25,118 nucleotides of DNA, from IMG/VR virus record IMGVR_UViG_2667527914_000011; one strand, given 5' to 3'. The notes under the pieces are model-generated. The model saw only the letters and a program-made list of their open reading frames with translations, ran no database searches and had not been told where the DNA came from. Both the position numbers and the translations under genes were made by a program. Positions 24,040 through 25,118 of the stretch are shown here, piece after piece (position 1 is the stretch's first letter; each line of letters begins with the position of its first letter). The DNA comes from a virus (Duplodnaviria > Heunggongvirae > Uroviricota > Caudoviricetes).

Positions 24040-24330
24040 CGGACAAAAACAGAGAAAGGAAACGACAGAGGCCAAAAAGCCCGTTTTCAGCACCTGTCGT
24101 TTCCTTTCTTTTCAGGGGGTGTTTTAAATAAAAACATTAGGTTACGGCGAAGAAGAACGGAAACGCCTTAAACCGGAAAATTGTCATAAATAGCGAAAAC
24201 CCGCGCGCCTTCCGCCCCGTAACCTGTCGGATCGCCGGAAAGGACCCGCAAAATGATAATAATTATCATCTACATGTCACAACGTGCATCTACGCCATCA
24301 AACCACGTCAAATAATCAATTATGACGCAG
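24040..24330. other. cos DNA-packaging site region (cosB next to Nu1, cosN, cosQ side); joined, i.e. prophage or circular form
   Basis: Sequence either side of 24206..24217 matches the reverse complement of the lambda left end (...ccggaaaatt.tcataaatagcgaaaacccgcg) and right end (cgtaacctgtcggatc.ccggaaaggacccg...) as I recall them. Confidence 0.8.
24206..24217. other. cosN 12-nt cohesive-end position; overhang would be GGGCGGAAGGCG in lambda orientation, versus canonical GGGCGGCGACCT
   Basis: Plus strand cgccttccgccc, flanked by conserved ccgcg and cgtaacc; the six bases distal to GGGCGG differ from lambda as recalled. Confidence 0.55.
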
Positions 24331-24416
24331 GTATCGTATTAATTGATCTGCATCAACTTAACGTAAAAACAACTTCAGACAATACAAATCAGCGACACTG
24401 AATACAGGGCAACCTC

Positions 24417-24650
24417 ATGTCAACGAAGAACAGAACCCGCAGAACAACAACCCGCAACATCCGCTTTCCTAACCAAATGATTGAACAAATTAACATCGCT
24501 CTTGTTCAAAAAGGGTCCGGGAATTTCTCAGCCTGGGTCATTGAAGCCTGCCGCCGGAGACTGTGCTCAGAAAAAAGAGTTTCGCCTGAAGCAAACAAAG
24601 AAAAGAGTGACATTACTGAATTGCTCAGAAAACAGGTTAGACCAGATTGA
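24417..24650 (+). CDS. small basic protein with a possible ribbon-helix-helix (Arc/CopG-like) fold; conserved right-end ORF
   Basis: 77-aa ORF; basic N-terminus (RTRRTTTRNIRF) then NIRFPNQMIEQINIALVQKGSGNFSAWVIEACRRRL, a strand-helix-loop-helix pattern; weak Shine-Dalgarno motif. Confidence 0.45.
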   Translation: MSTKNRTRRTTTRNIRFPNQMIEQINIALVQKGSGNFSAWVIEACRRRLCSEKRVSPEANKEKSDITELLRKQVRPD

Positions 24651-24707
24651 AGCAATTTAGATAATCGTGCAGACTACGCCCCCTCATATCACATGGAAGG
24701 TACTACA

Positions 24708-25118
24708 ATGGCTCAGGTTGCCATTTTTAAACAAATATTCGATAAAGTGCGAAATAATTTAAACTATCACTGGTTTTATTCTGAACTAAAACGTCACAAT
24801 GTCTCACATTACATTTACTATTTAGCCACAGAGAATATTCATCTTGTTCTTGAAAACGATAATACGGTTTTAATAAAAGGACAGGGTAAGGTTGTAAATG
24901 TAAGATTTTCAAAAAATAAATGCCTTATAGAAGCCACCTTAAAAGGATTCAAATCAGGAGAGTTATCATTTTACGAATACAGGAAAAATCTTGCTACAGC
25001 AGGGGTTTTCAGATGGATTACAAATATCCACGAAAACAAAAGGTATTACTATACCTTTGATAATTCATTACTCTTTACTGAGAACATACAGAACACTACA
25101 CAAATATTTCCGCACTAA
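24708..25118 (+). CDS. hypothetical protein of the lambdoid right end (possibly YbcV/DUF1398-like), 136 aa from the second Met
   Basis: GGAAGG Shine-Dalgarno-like motif 8 nt upstream of the ATG at 24708; AT-rich codon usage typical of the lambda right arm; stop codon at the window end (25116..25118). Confidence 0.5.
   Translation: MAQVAIFKQIFDKVRNNLNYHWFYSELKRHNVSHYIYYLATENIHLVLENDNTVLIKGQGKVVNVRFSKNKCLIEATLKGFKSGELSFYEYRKNLATAGVFRWITNIHENKRYYYTFDNSLLFTENIQNTTQIFPH

Overview
This window is the morphogenesis (head and tail) module of a lambda-like temperate phage, almost certainly a prophage, read in reverse orientation so that every structural gene lies on the minus strand. From high to low coordinates it runs: cos site, Nu1, A, W, B, C/Nu3, D, E, FI, FII, Z, U, V, G/G-T, H, M, L, K, I, J, lom, stf, tfa. 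Calls rest on my recognition of the translated proteins as near-identical to phage lambda, plus gene lengths, spacings and overlaps that match lambda as I recall them; no database search was run. The two + strand ORFs beyond cos (24417..25118) belong to the AT-rich phage right end. I found no inserted cargo system between cos and tfa other than lom, which lambda also carries, so I do not see a novel multi-gene system here. The points worth a second look are: a 35-N scaffold gap flanked by two about 98.5%-identical copies of lom plus the J 3' end; a J C-terminal domain that differs from lambda J; an intact, repeat-expanded side tail fibre gene; and a cosN overhang that appears to differ from the canonical lambda sequence. 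No tRNA, rRNA, CRISPR array or IS element was seen.
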